Shown: positions 10,612-19,783 of the stretch, one piece after another
Layout: each line of letters starts with the position of its first letter
How positions within the stretch are numbered: the stretch's first letter is position 1
Assembly: GCA_963719945.1 (NCBI GenBank)
Contig: CAVRDX010000001.1
Location: 320,001 to 384,000 of the forward strand
Origin: an uncultured Thermoplasmata archaeon
GTDB taxonomy: Archaea > Thermoplasmatota > Thermoplasmata > UBA10834
Reading direction: 5' to 3'
Length of the DNA stretch: 64,000 nt
Program-made: the position numbers and the translations under genes
The notes under the pieces: model-generated
What the model was told of the DNA's origin: nothing
What the model saw: only the letters and a program-made list of their open reading frames with translations
The model's database searches: none

Positions 10612-12187
10612 TCAGATTGGCAGGTTCTCGAGGTCTATGTCCACCACGTTGCTGATTTTCATCGAGCCCGGCAGGAACTCGTTCACGAGCCTCAGAGGCG
10701 CCATGTCTGTGAGCATCTCCCAGTCAAGCATGAACGCGAGAACGAGAGTATCGTTGAACGCCGCCGTTGCCGAATCGATCGTCACATCGTACCATCGGAT
10801 GCCGTGAGCACTATGTCGTAGCCTTCGTCGGCCAATGTGCTGTTCAGCTCGTAGTGGCTCTCGTCCGTTCCATCCATCACTGCAACCAGGAGCCACAGTG
10901 GCAGACCTGCGTAGGTGTGCGCTACTTCCTCACTATCGGTGTAATTGTAGTACACTGCGTGCACTCCACCGTAGTTGGTGTATGTGAAGTTCTTCGCGTG
11001 GAGTCCCGAGTAGTATGTTGCGACATATGTCTCTGCAGTTATCACCGCGCTGGTCAATCCCGTCAGGTTCAGAGTCCAGGTCGGGACATCATGCATGTCG
11101 ACGATCGAGATATTCTCGATGGACTTGATCCTCTGACCTGATGTCAGACCATCACCGACGAGCTTGAGCGGGAATTCGTCATCTGAAAGCAGCTCTCCGT
11201 CGAGCCTATTCGCGACGATCAGGTGTCGTTCCTTGCTACTTGCAGCGAGGTGAATGGACTTGTCGGCTCAATAGCCATCCGATGCCATCACCGTCACATT
11301 GTAGCCCGCCTGTGCAAGCAAATCGTTGAATAGGTAGTCGGTGGCAGGTCCATCGGCACCATCGACTGCGGAGACGAGGGTCCAGAGTGCGACACCTGTG
11401 TACTCATGGGTTCCAGTCTCGTTCTCGAAGGTCCATGATGCAGCATGGTATTCGCAGGAGGCAAGGGATTCGAAAGTCTGCCTGTCGATCTGAAGGTCTG
11501 TCACGCCACTCAGGTTGAGTGTCCAATCCTTCATGAATGGAAGGATGGTGATCTCTTCGACGTATTTCGCCCAGAATTGTCCATCGGTTATGGGGGCTGA
11601 CTCGTCAACAATGGCTATGCGCAGGTCCATATCTTCCAGGGGTAATCCGTCCTGCGCATAGGCCACGATCATCGTGAAATCACCTTCTCCGAGGAGCGAT
11701 CCATCCTCAGGATCGTAGTGTGCGAAAGTGCCGTCCTCGACCTGGCTTGAACTATATGCCATCGTGTAGCCGTCGGTGGAGACAACCTCAAGGCTATAGT
11801 CCGTGCCTGAGTACAACAGATCGACGAAATCTGCAAGGGGTATTCCCGTGAATTCAAAGGGTCCTTCTATGGTCCCAGTGGTCTTCTTGAAGCTACCCGA
11901 AGCTGTGGTTGCGGTCATGTCCTTCAGCTCCTCCATCGTAAGGTTGATTGAGGCCTGGTCCTTTGTGACGGTGAGCACCGTGGTGCCTTCGGGCGTCTCA
12001 TCGTCGTCCGTATTCTGAGTGAGCATGTACCCCAATGGTACTGCGACCAAAAGCACGATGATCACTGCAAGAGCGATCAGCTTGGTGGTCGAACCCATGC
12101 CGGCCTTCTTTGGGGCTGCGATGCTTTCCTTGCCTTCTCATTGATTTCATTGGTGCCCGTTTCCGGGGCTTTCGAAGAATCTGACAT
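10612..12187 (-). pseudogene. Membrane-anchored surface protein with three tandem molybdopterin-oxidoreductase-like domains; interrupted (pseudogene or assembly error)
   Basis: ATG at 12187 with RBS GGAGGAG is one base out of frame with ORF 11268-12098. In-frame TGA at 11268-11270 is followed by a short locally shifted stretch, then ORF 10782-11096 continues in the same frame. A frameshift near 10795 leads into ORF 10612-10896. Repeated motifs WTLNL.G / Y.G.PLW.LV / A.DGY / PL.LV. Confidence 0.75.
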
Positions 12188-12316
12188 TACGTAGCTCCTC
12201 CCGATATGTCTATATGAGCATACCGCCGATAACGAGGAGCAATAAAAAGCTATCGCTTTTTCGAGCCCATTTCAGGACCTTGGATATCACAGATTGCCAG
12301 GTGACTCACAGATCAT

Positions 12317-13105
12317 TCATCGTAGGGTCCCAGCGAACACCTGCCATGCCAATGCGGATTTCGCAACGAGGCTGAGGATGATGTAGACCCTCTCGCCGTG
12401 GAGATAGTCCTTCCATTTTCCTTTGGCTCTGTATTGCAGGACCATGTTCACCGCGAACACGTTGAAGAAGATCGCAAGGGATATGAATATGAAATACACG
12501 AAGGTCGGCACCGAATTCCCGGAACCCAGGAGCGCTCCGAAGAAATATATTCCCAATACTATCCATACAAGCAGCCCTGCAAAGCAGCCAAAGAAGTACG
12601 ATGTCCAATTCGTCCGCTTCGTCGTCTGGTTGTGCAGTTCCATCATCAGACCGAACAGGTTCATTGTCGCGTTGAGTGAGAATATGAGTATCAAACTGGA
12701 GAGTTCGAATATGCCACATAGCATCGCAATGACTATTACCATGACCGAGGAGCTTGCAGCATACTCATACCATCTGGCATAGTTGATCCCTTCCTTCAGG
12801 TTCCTGACGTACCATGGATATCCCTTGGGCGAGGACACAGCGAAATGAGCGATCGCAGAGATGAACAGGAACGATGCGACCATGGGTCCAAGTTGAAGGT
12901 TGATTAGAGTGTCTGTCTGGGAGTTTATGGTCTCCGTGACTGGATCATAATGCAGGAGAGTGAGATTGATGGGTAACGATGAACTCTTGCTCAACCAGAG
13001 CATCAATGTCCCTTGGATTAGGTGCAGAAAGCCCATTGCGATGTTGAATTTCCTCAGGCCCACGAATCTAGATTCCTTAACGGATTCCTCCAGATTTCCA
13101 CCCAC
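12317..13105 (-). CDS. Heliorhodopsin
   Basis: LRKFN..MGFLHLIQ, AIAHF, RWYEY counterion motif, SSSVM, GERVYIILSLVAKSALAW with the retinal-binding Lys. Confidence 0.95.
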   Translation of the reverse strand: MGGNLEESVKESRFVGLRKFNIAMGFLHLIQGTLMLWLSKSSSLPINLTLLHYDPVTETINSQTDTLINLQLGPMVASFLFISAIAHFAVSSPKGYPWYVRNLKEGINYARWYEYAASSSVMVIVIAMLCGIFELSSLILIFSLNATMNLFGLMMELHNQTTKRTNWTSYFFGCFAGLLVWIVLGIYFFGALLGSGNSVPTFVYFIFISLAIFFNVFAVNMVLQYRAKGKWKDYLHGERVYIILSLVAKSALAWQVFAGTLR

Positions 13106-13244
13106 CCTTGATTGATGACTCGAATATAATTCGTTTTCCCACTTTTCATATGGTGCTGGATATGCACCAGCAATCGACGCTCTGAGCTTTCCATTCGGTT
13201 CGGAAATTACTTGATTCTTCTATGCGATGTGTCGGTAGGTTTCC

Positions 13245-14002
13245 GTGTCACCAAACAAGGCGATTGTGAGAGCGCCCGGGTCGAGGTATTCGGACTGTCT
13301 GTCGTCGCATCCATTGAAGCGAACCATCGACCTGGTCAATGCACGCAATCAGCATGCTCGCTACCGTGCAACTCTCTCGGAATTGGGCATGGAAGTAATC
13401 TGTCTCGAAATGGATGACGAACATCCCGATTCTTGCTTTGTCGAAGATGTGGCAATTGTCCACAATGGCAAGGCATTGATGTGCAGGACCGCAAAAGAGA
13501 GCCGACAGGGAGAGGAAGGTCCAGTGCGGGAGACACTATCTCATCACGTGTCGATCGGATTCGCAGCAGCTCCTGCGACAATCGAGGGTGGCGACGTCGT
13601 CCATCTTGAAGACTGACTGATTTGCGGTGTCACACAGAGAACGAATGATGATGGAGCGAGACAGATGGGTGAATGGCTCGAGACCAAGGTTGATTTGGTT
13701 CGAGATCCGAAGATCATGCATCTCAAGAGTTTCGTCAGCTCCTTGGGAACGAACCAGCTTGTTGGTCGCGGAAAAATACTCTGAGCACGATGTTTTCGAC
13801 GGACTTGACTGTCCTGGTGGTACCAAACGAGGAATGGTATGGCTCAAACTTGATTGCCATCGATGATTCAGTAATCATGTCGAAAGGGTACCCACGCACC
13901 GAAGCCATTCTGAAATCAAATGGGTTCAGGGTCACAGCGTTGGATATGAGTGAATTCCCTAAATGCGACGGGGCTCTCACATGCCTATCGATCCTCTTCT
14001 AG
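13245..14002 (+). pseudogene. Dimethylarginine dimethylaminohydrolase/amidinotransferase family, interrupted
   Basis: HPDSCFVED, IEGGDV, then in-frame TGA at 13614-13616; reading through gives LICGVTQRTN...MHLKS. Two +1 shifts (about 13755 and 13810) lead to the C-terminus with KCDGALTCLS. Confidence 0.85.
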
Positions 14003-14004
14003 GG

Positions 14005-14613
14005 TCAGGATTTCTTTGATTTGCCAGGTTTTTTCACATTGGCTCGAAGGACATCTCTGAGCTTCTTGCTCTGCTGCTGGTACTTCTCGAATTCTTCATC
14101 GGACATCAACAAGAGTTTGGTGTAGTCGACTAGAGTCTGTTTCTCGAAGAAGCCGACATCCTCCAACCCTCCTATCTGATCAATGATCTCTGGGACCGTG
14201 CCCAGTTCTTCCTTGGCCTCCTCGATCTCTATCATCTTTGCCAGGATATTTGCTCCTTGATCGACGTCGTATCCAAGGCTCTTTAGACCATCGATTATGA
14301 GCTTCGCCTTCTCCTCGAGGTCTTCCTTGCAGCATGAGCTCGTGCCATGCATGCACTGGAACAATTCGGCGGACGCCCTGTAATAAGTCTCAATGAAGTG
14401 CTCGATCCTTTCTTCGCGTGCGACTTCGACCATCTCTGATTCTTTTAATTTCCTTATATGATGGTAGATTGCCTGTGGGGTCAGATTGAGTTCGGATGCC
14501 AATTGGCTGACAGTGTATTCCTTTCCTCTCAGGAGGTAAATCATCCTCCGTCGAGTTTCGTCTCCAAGGAGCTGGAATGCGGCTGGATCTTTAATCACTT
14601 TCATCGATTTCAT
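14005..14613 (-). CDS. ArsR-like winged-helix transcriptional regulator
   Basis: LLGDETRRRMIYLL..TVSQLASELNLTPQAIYHHIRKL...ETYYRA. Confidence 0.88.
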   Translation of the reverse strand: MKSMKVIKDPAAFQLLGDETRRRMIYLLRGKEYTVSQLASELNLTPQAIYHHIRKLKESEMVEVAREERIEHFIETYYRASAELFQCMHGTSSCCKEDLEEKAKLIIDGLKSLGYDVDQGANILAKMIEIEEAKEELGTVPEIIDQIGGLEDVGFFEKQTLVDYTKLLLMSDEEFEKYQQQSKKLRDVLRANVKKPGKSKKS

Positions 14614-14703
14614 GGATGTCCAGACAACATATGGTTTAACAGTGATATAAGGATTTTTATCATTAAAACGAAGGTTTTATTAACTTATACGACTATTGTA
14701 CTC

Positions 14704-14873
14704 GTGGGCGATGAGGACGTGAAGCACGGGAGAAACTACGCAGGAAGCAAATCTCATATCATGTGTCCGCTGGCGGCTCATTCACGCGTTGTGTCGGTCT
14801 TCGTGAGATCCCCTCGTCTGTGCGAGCGTCCCGTCCGCCTATCAATGGAACCTGTCACAAGAGATTCGGCAGG
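14704..14873 (+). ncRNA. Candidate structured leader RNA/ncRNA
   Basis: GTGGGCGATGAGGACGTGAAGCACGGGAG (from 14704) pairs by eye with CTCGTCTGTGCGAGCGTCCCGTCCGCCTAT (to 14842) using many G-U pairs; a second hairpin is CCTGTC...GGCAGG. Confidence 0.35.
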
Positions 14874-14899
14874 GATGATGAAATGAGGTGATTAGGTTG

Positions 14900-15157
14900 A
14901 TGGCAGAATCTAACCTGATGACTAGAGGCAGACACATACAGAACACTCACACGGACGTATCTCGATATGTCCGTAATGAATACAATGATCGTGATTGCAG
15001 ATGGCTAGTCAGCCAGATAGCCTCTTCCAGATGCGGGGCCGTGAAGCTGACGCCTGAGAGTAGACTGAAGGAGGAACGAACTGTCTCAAGCACGATCATG
15101 ACGAAATTGTCATTCGTGATGAGAGGTCTCACGAGCTCTGCAGATCCGGATAAGTAG
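14900..15157 (+). CDS. Small hypothetical protein (85 aa)
   Basis: Strong RBS GAGGTGA at 14885-14891 before ATG 14900; fills the gap up to the convergent dph5. Confidence 0.55.
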   Translation: MAESNLMTRGRHIQNTHTDVSRYVRNEYNDRDCRWLVSQIASSRCGAVKLTPESRLKEERTVSSTIMTKLSFVMRGLTSSADPDK

Positions 15158-15165
15158 TATATCCC

Positions 15166-15957
15166 TCAATCGTCCTTCCCATTGGTCCATTGTCCGAGAG
15201 ATTCCTCTTCCATGAAATGAAGCCTCCCAGGAACAACGATTGAATGCAGGGGTCCTCCGAAATCCATTGCCATGAGCTTCGTCAGAGGACCCGCAGCAAC
15301 TACGCTATCCGGGGATCCCGCTCTAGCAACGACACATACGAGGGAATCATCCTTCGCTGCGCCTTTCCCCATCCTTCTCTCCATCTCCTGCAACAGATGC
15401 AATCCTTCATTCGCCGACATGTATCGAGAATTCTCCGCATCGATATCAAGAAGAACCAGCGTATGCAACCCTCTCTCCAGGTTCTCCACAATCATGTCGT
15501 ACGGGCTTGTGGGGGAGTATCCCTCCTGCGGGAATGGCAGAGTCGTCGTCCGCCCGAACTTATAGTGCTGCAGACCCAGTAATCCTGGTACCGCTGTCAA
15601 GGCAGAGCTGCCGTGGATTACTTCTGTATCGATGGATGCCTTATGAGCACGCAAACGTAGGTCTATGTGAGTCGTCGCGGTCATAGGGTCTCCGGCGACA
15701 AGGAGTGCGACCTTCTTCTCATCCGCCTCTTTGAGTATCCTCTTGCCATCTTCGACTTCCTCTCTTCCAAGCGCTATGATTTCCTTGTTCGTCATCGCTG
15801 AGAGTCTTTCAAGGGCGCCTTCCGAGAGTTTCGAAGTATAGAATTCTGCGAAGACCACATCTGCAGATCTTATGCGATCGAGACCGGCGAGCGTTATGCC
15901 TGTCTCATCATGAAGTCCAAGTCCGATGAATGAGAGTCTGCCGCTTCGTCTCACCAT
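15166..15957 (-). CDS. dph5: Diphthine synthase
   Basis: LSFIGLGL, AEFYTS, AGDPMTATTH, GLQHYKFGRTTT, GLHTLVLLDI, DFGGPLHS. Confidence 0.95.
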   Translation of the reverse strand: MVRRSGRLSFIGLGLHDETGITLAGLDRIRSADVVFAEFYTSKLSEGALERLSAMTNKEIIALGREEVEDGKRILKEADEKKVALLVAGDPMTATTHIDLRLRAHKASIDTEVIHGSSALTAVPGLLGLQHYKFGRTTTLPFPQEGYSPTSPYDMIVENLERGLHTLVLLDIDAENSRYMSANEGLHLLQEMERRMGKGAAKDDSLVCVVARAGSPDSVVAAGPLTKLMAMDFGGPLHSIVVPGRLHFMEEESLGQWTNGKDD

Positions 15958-16088
15958 GGACGTATGAACACTGACCCCATAGATTACATTTATCCATCCA
16001 GGCATTACTTGATTTGCATCCGATTCCCTTTCGATGCATCAATTCTTTAAACCTTCTCGATTACCCTCTTAACCTCGTATTCCAATCT

Positions 16089-16141
16089 CCCCTCGGGACG
16101 GAGCGATGCTTTGGTGGAGTGGCGGTCCTGTCCCGAGTGGG
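16089..16141 (+). promoter_or_regulatory. GC-rich leader hairpin immediately upstream of the corrinoid-protein start
   Basis: CCC-CTCGGGAC-GGA (16089-16102) pairs with TCC-t-GTCCCGAG-t-GGG (16126-16141); TTTAAA promoter-like box near 16045. Confidence 0.5.
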
Positions 16142-16151
16142 GGTAGCTATT

Positions 16152-16799
16152 GTGAGTGCTGAGAAGATTCTGGAGCAGCTGCGCGGAGCCGTGCTGAAGT
16201 ACGATTCCGACGCAGCAGTGTCTGCTGCAAAGGCCGTCATCCACGCGAAGATGGATCCTCTGCAGGCGATTGAGAAAGGACTGGTTCCTGCAATACATGA
16301 TGTGGGTGAAAAGTTCGAGAAGATGGAGATATACCTCCCTGAGCTAATGCTCGCAGGGGACGCCATGAAGTCTGCTCTCGCCCTGCTTCTGCCGCTCGTA
16401 CCGAAGGGCGAGAAGACCTCCAAGGCAACCGTTGTTATCGGCACGGTCCAGGGGGATGTCCATGAGATTGGCAAGAACATCGTTTCTAGCATGCTTATGG
16501 CGGGTGGCTTCGAAGTCATCGACCTTGGCGTGAACGTCAAGACTTCTAGCTTCGTCGACGAGGCCAAGGCAAGAGGCGCCAAGATCATCGGCGCATCAGC
16601 CCTAATGTCCAGCACGATCGGATCGCAGAAGGATATCGTCGATTATCTGAGTGCGTCAGGGGACCGCAGAAAATTCACCGTTCTGATTGGAGGAGGCCCG
16701 ACCACTCAGGAATGGTCTGATGAGATAGGGGCCGATGGTTGGGGCAAGAATGCTGTGCATGCGGTCAAGCTTGCGACCAAAGCGGCCAAAGGGAGGTGA
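16152..16799 (+). CDS. Methyltransferase cognate corrinoid protein (MtmC-like)
   Basis: B12-binding_2 cap (VGEKFEKMEIYLPEL), GTVQGDVHEIGKNIV, SALM, GGGP. Confidence 0.93.
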   Translation: MSAEKILEQLRGAVLKYDSDAAVSAAKAVIHAKMDPLQAIEKGLVPAIHDVGEKFEKMEIYLPELMLAGDAMKSALALLLPLVPKGEKTSKATVVIGTVQGDVHEIGKNIVSSMLMAGGFEVIDLGVNVKTSSFVDEAKARGAKIIGASALMSSTIGSQKDIVDYLSASGDRRKFTVLIGGGPTTQEWSDEIGADGWGKNAVHAVKLATKAAKGR

Positions 16800-16804
16800 T
16801 TCGA

Positions 16805-18193
16805 GTGGTCCAGATACTAGACGTGATGCAGAAGGCGCTCGAGGGCAAGCCGATGAGCGAGACCGACTACCAGCTGAAATCCTTCGCGGCTAAGGTGAAT
16901 GCGAAGGTGAAGGAGTACGATATCCACTTCGACAGGAACACTCCGATACCCGACGATCCTACGCTCGCAGATGATGCATTCCAGGCTGCTGTCGACATTG
17001 TCGTCGAGGTGGGGGCATACTGCACCAATACGAACCGGGTAATATCCTATACCGAGAACGAAGTCAAAGAGGCTCTCAGGTTCGCACCGTCAGAAATAGA
17101 ATTCGGCGAGGGAAAGGATCGAAAAAAGCTACTGCCGAGGAGTGTGGGGGACAAGAACCCTCCATGGTGTCTCCTGGGTGCCGGCGGAGGCGCGTGCTCG
17201 AGCGAGCAGTCATTCCTCGCCCTTGTTGAGGGATACGCTGAGATACCCGAAGCGAATGCGATAACCACTCCAGCGCTCACAAAGGTGGGAGGAATGAGGA
17301 TCAGGCCTGCATCACCTCTCGAAGTCCTTGGAGCCCAGAGGAACGCGGTTCTGTTCAGAGAAGCCTGCAACCGTGTCGGTCGTCAGGGTATGCCCGTGAT
17401 GAACACGCTCTCCACTGCCGAGTCTGACATCGCCCTTGCCGGCGCGCTGCATCCGAAGTACGGCCTGCGTCAATCTGATGGCTACATGATCTGCTGCATG
17501 GATCCGATGAAGGTCGATTTCTCGAGGCTGAACAAGGCTACGGTGGCCCTTGGACTCGGCGGGCCTATCGGAATGTGCTTCGGCCCGATGATGGGGGGCT
17601 ATGCCGGGGGACCTGAAGGCACGGCCATATCGAACATAGCTCACCACATGATGGGGATACTGACATATCAGGCGAGCTGGCTTTTGCCATTCCCGCTTCA
17701 TCTCAGATATGTGTCAAGCAGCTGTCGGGAGCTCCTATGGTTGATCAGCCTATCTGGTCAGGCGATCAGCAGGAACACGCATCTTCTATCCGTCAATCTG
17801 AATTACACCTCTGCCGGTCCATCGACGCTGATGTGTCTGCTAGAGACTTCAGCATCGGTGACCGCTGCGGTGACTTCTGGATTGCACATCGAGTCACTGG
17901 GTGTGGCATCCAACAAGGAGGAGGACAGGACCACTCCGGTCGAGCCGCGGATATCGGCAGAGGTGGGGCACGCGGTAGCTGGTATGAGCCTGGCCGATGC
18001 GAACGAGCTGGTCAAGAAATTGGTCAGGGGATATGAGGACAAGCTTCAGACCCCTCCATTGGGGAAGATGCTCTTCGAAGCATGGGATGTAGAAAAGCGC
18101 AGACCCAGCAAGGAGTATATCGCGGTGTTGAAGGAGTATAGGAAGAAGATGAAGGGTTTGGGGATTGGAGTCAGTGGGGGTCCTTGGGTCTGA
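16805..18193 (+). CDS. Monomethylamine:corrinoid methyltransferase (MtmB) homolog without pyrrolysine
   Basis: KVKEYDIHFD...LADDAFQAA..VGAYCTNTNRVI, RVGRQGM, MGGYAGGPEG, AGPST..CLLE, TPVEPR. No in-frame TAG. RBS GGAGGTGA before GTG 16805. Confidence 0.9.
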   Translation: MVQILDVMQKALEGKPMSETDYQLKSFAAKVNAKVKEYDIHFDRNTPIPDDPTLADDAFQAAVDIVVEVGAYCTNTNRVISYTENEVKEALRFAPSEIEFGEGKDRKKLLPRSVGDKNPPWCLLGAGGGACSSEQSFLALVEGYAEIPEANAITTPALTKVGGMRIRPASPLEVLGAQRNAVLFREACNRVGRQGMPVMNTLSTAESDIALAGALHPKYGLRQSDGYMICCMDPMKVDFSRLNKATVALGLGGPIGMCFGPMMGGYAGGPEGTAISNIAHHMMGILTYQASWLLPFPLHLRYVSSSCRELLWLISLSGQAISRNTHLLSVNLNYTSAGPSTLMCLLETSASVTAAVTSGLHIESLGVASNKEEDRTTPVEPRISAEVGHAVAGMSLADANELVKKLVRGYEDKLQTPPLGKMLFEAWDVEKRRPSKEYIAVLKEYRKKMKGLGIGVSGGPWV

Positions 18194-18281
18194 CCTCGTG
18201 GAATGAGACCCCCACCAATCCTCTGGTCTATGCCAATCATGCGATTGGATTGGTTTATCTATCGAGAATACCGATGGGTGT

Positions 18282-19292
18282 ATGGATATGGAATCTATCT
18301 GCCTAGTCGTTCCAAAGAAGAAGACCGAACCTGTCAGGCGCAGATTGCTGGAGAAGGGCATACTCAGAACGGATCTCCAGGTAGTCTCTGATTCGAAGTC
18401 CGTCTTTCTGCCTGTGAACCAGAGGGTCGATCTGGGCTACCCCATCGAGACCCGCGAGTTCTCTGAACTCGAGGCCCAGATCAAGGATTACAGGTTATTG
18501 GTCGACGTGCCCGATACGCTGAGGCCACTTCTCCCGTCATCATACGATGTCCTAGGTTCAGTGGCCATAGTCAAGATGTCCGATGATGTCCTGCCGCACG
18601 CGAAGCACATCGGGAATGCGATAATGGCCGTGCAGAAGTCGGTCAAGACCGTGTGCGTGGATGAAGGCGTCAAGGATGAGTATCGCACCCGTCAGGTCAG
18701 AGTCGTCGCAGGGGAGGGGTCCACTGAGATCACGCACAAGGAATATGGGCTCACATTCAAGCTGGATGTGGTCAAGGTCTTCTTCTCGCCGCGTCTCGCG
18801 ACAGAGCGCGACGCAGTCGCCAAGCAGGTCCAGCCGGGTGAGGTCATCATAGACATGTTTGCAGGTATCGGTCCCTTTTCCATCATGATCGCAAAGACAA
18901 GACTGCCGAAGGTCATTCACGCCATTGACACGAATCCCGATGCAATCCAATACATGAAGGAGAATATCTCGCTTAACAAGGTGAGCAATGTCAATCCGAT
19001 CCTCGGTGACGCCAGGGAGGTCATAAAGGACCTTGAGAAGGCTGATAGGATCATCATGAACCTCCCTCACAGCGCGAGGGAATTCCTGCTTGACGCGCTG
19101 GACGCCCTCAAGCCCGGCGGAGTGATACATTTCTATGAGATTATGGAAGACGATGAACTGGAGGACCGTTTCCATGCAATCGCCGATATGGCGGTTAGCA
19201 AGGGTAGGGTCATGACTGAGCTCTCTCGGCGGAAAGTGAAGAGCTACTCCCCAACCATGGGTTTCTATGGCTTCGACCTCAAATTCTTCTGA
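18282..19292 (+). CDS. trm5: tRNA (guanine-37-N1)-methyltransferase, Trm5/Taw22 family
   Basis: SYDVLGSVAI, HKEYG, VFFSPRLATER, DMFAGIGPF, RIIMNLP, KSYSP. Confidence 0.9.
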   Translation: MDMESICLVVPKKKTEPVRRRLLEKGILRTDLQVVSDSKSVFLPVNQRVDLGYPIETREFSELEAQIKDYRLLVDVPDTLRPLLPSSYDVLGSVAIVKMSDDVLPHAKHIGNAIMAVQKSVKTVCVDEGVKDEYRTRQVRVVAGEGSTEITHKEYGLTFKLDVVKVFFSPRLATERDAVAKQVQPGEVIIDMFAGIGPFSIMIAKTRLPKVIHAIDTNPDAIQYMKENISLNKVSNVNPILGDAREVIKDLEKADRIIMNLPHSAREFLLDALDALKPGGVIHFYEIMEDDELEDRFHAIADMAVSKGRVMTELSRRKVKSYSPTMGFYGFDLKFF

Positions 19293-19783
19293 TTGCAGGG
19301 CTTGAGTGTGATGCCCTTCTGCCCCTGATAGTTGCCCGACCTCTCTCGATAGGTTTTCAAAGGCGGGGATTTGAGTTCTTCCAGGACGACTTGGGCGAAC
19401 CGTTCACCTATCGGTATATCGACGGGACCGTTCGACGCATTTATGGCAGAAAAGGTAAGATTGCCATGAAACTCTGCGTCGATTCTTCCAAAAGAGGACA
19501 ATATGCCTCTGCGCACCCAGGTGGTCCGGATCCATATCTGCCCTATCAGATCCGGAGGCAATTCGAGATATTCCCGCGTGCCTATGATGAACCACGATCC
19601 CGCGGGTACGGCCGCTACTCCCTCTCTGATTCTGATGTCCGTCGAGGGGATCCAAATCTCTTCTATCGTCACATCATATCCGTTAGGGGTGAGGTTCTTC
19701 TCATTATAGGTTCCGATCTTCAGGGACCCATCGCCTAACCTGGAGAGTATGTCGGTATCTGACAGAACTGCCACGGTGATCAC
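19265..19783 (-). CDS. dcd: dCTP deaminase family protein
   Basis: LSDTDI, PNGYDV, RTTWVRRG, GRIDAEFHGNLT, GNYQGQKG. Confidence 0.85.
   Translation of the reverse strand: MITVAVLSDTDILSRLGDGSLKIGTYNEKNLTPNGYDVTIEEIWIPSTDIRIREGVAAVPAGSWFIIGTREYLELPPDLIGQIWIRTTWVRRGILSSFGRIDAEFHGNLTFSAINASNGPVDIPIGERFAQVVLEELKSPPLKTYRERSGNYQGQKGITLKPCNQKNLRSKP

Noticed and set aside
11268-11270. In-frame TGA as possible selenocysteine or stop-codon reassignment (also 13614-13616)
   Set aside because: Neither position is a Cys-equivalent, both genes also carry frameshifts, and TGA is the normal stop of many genes in the window
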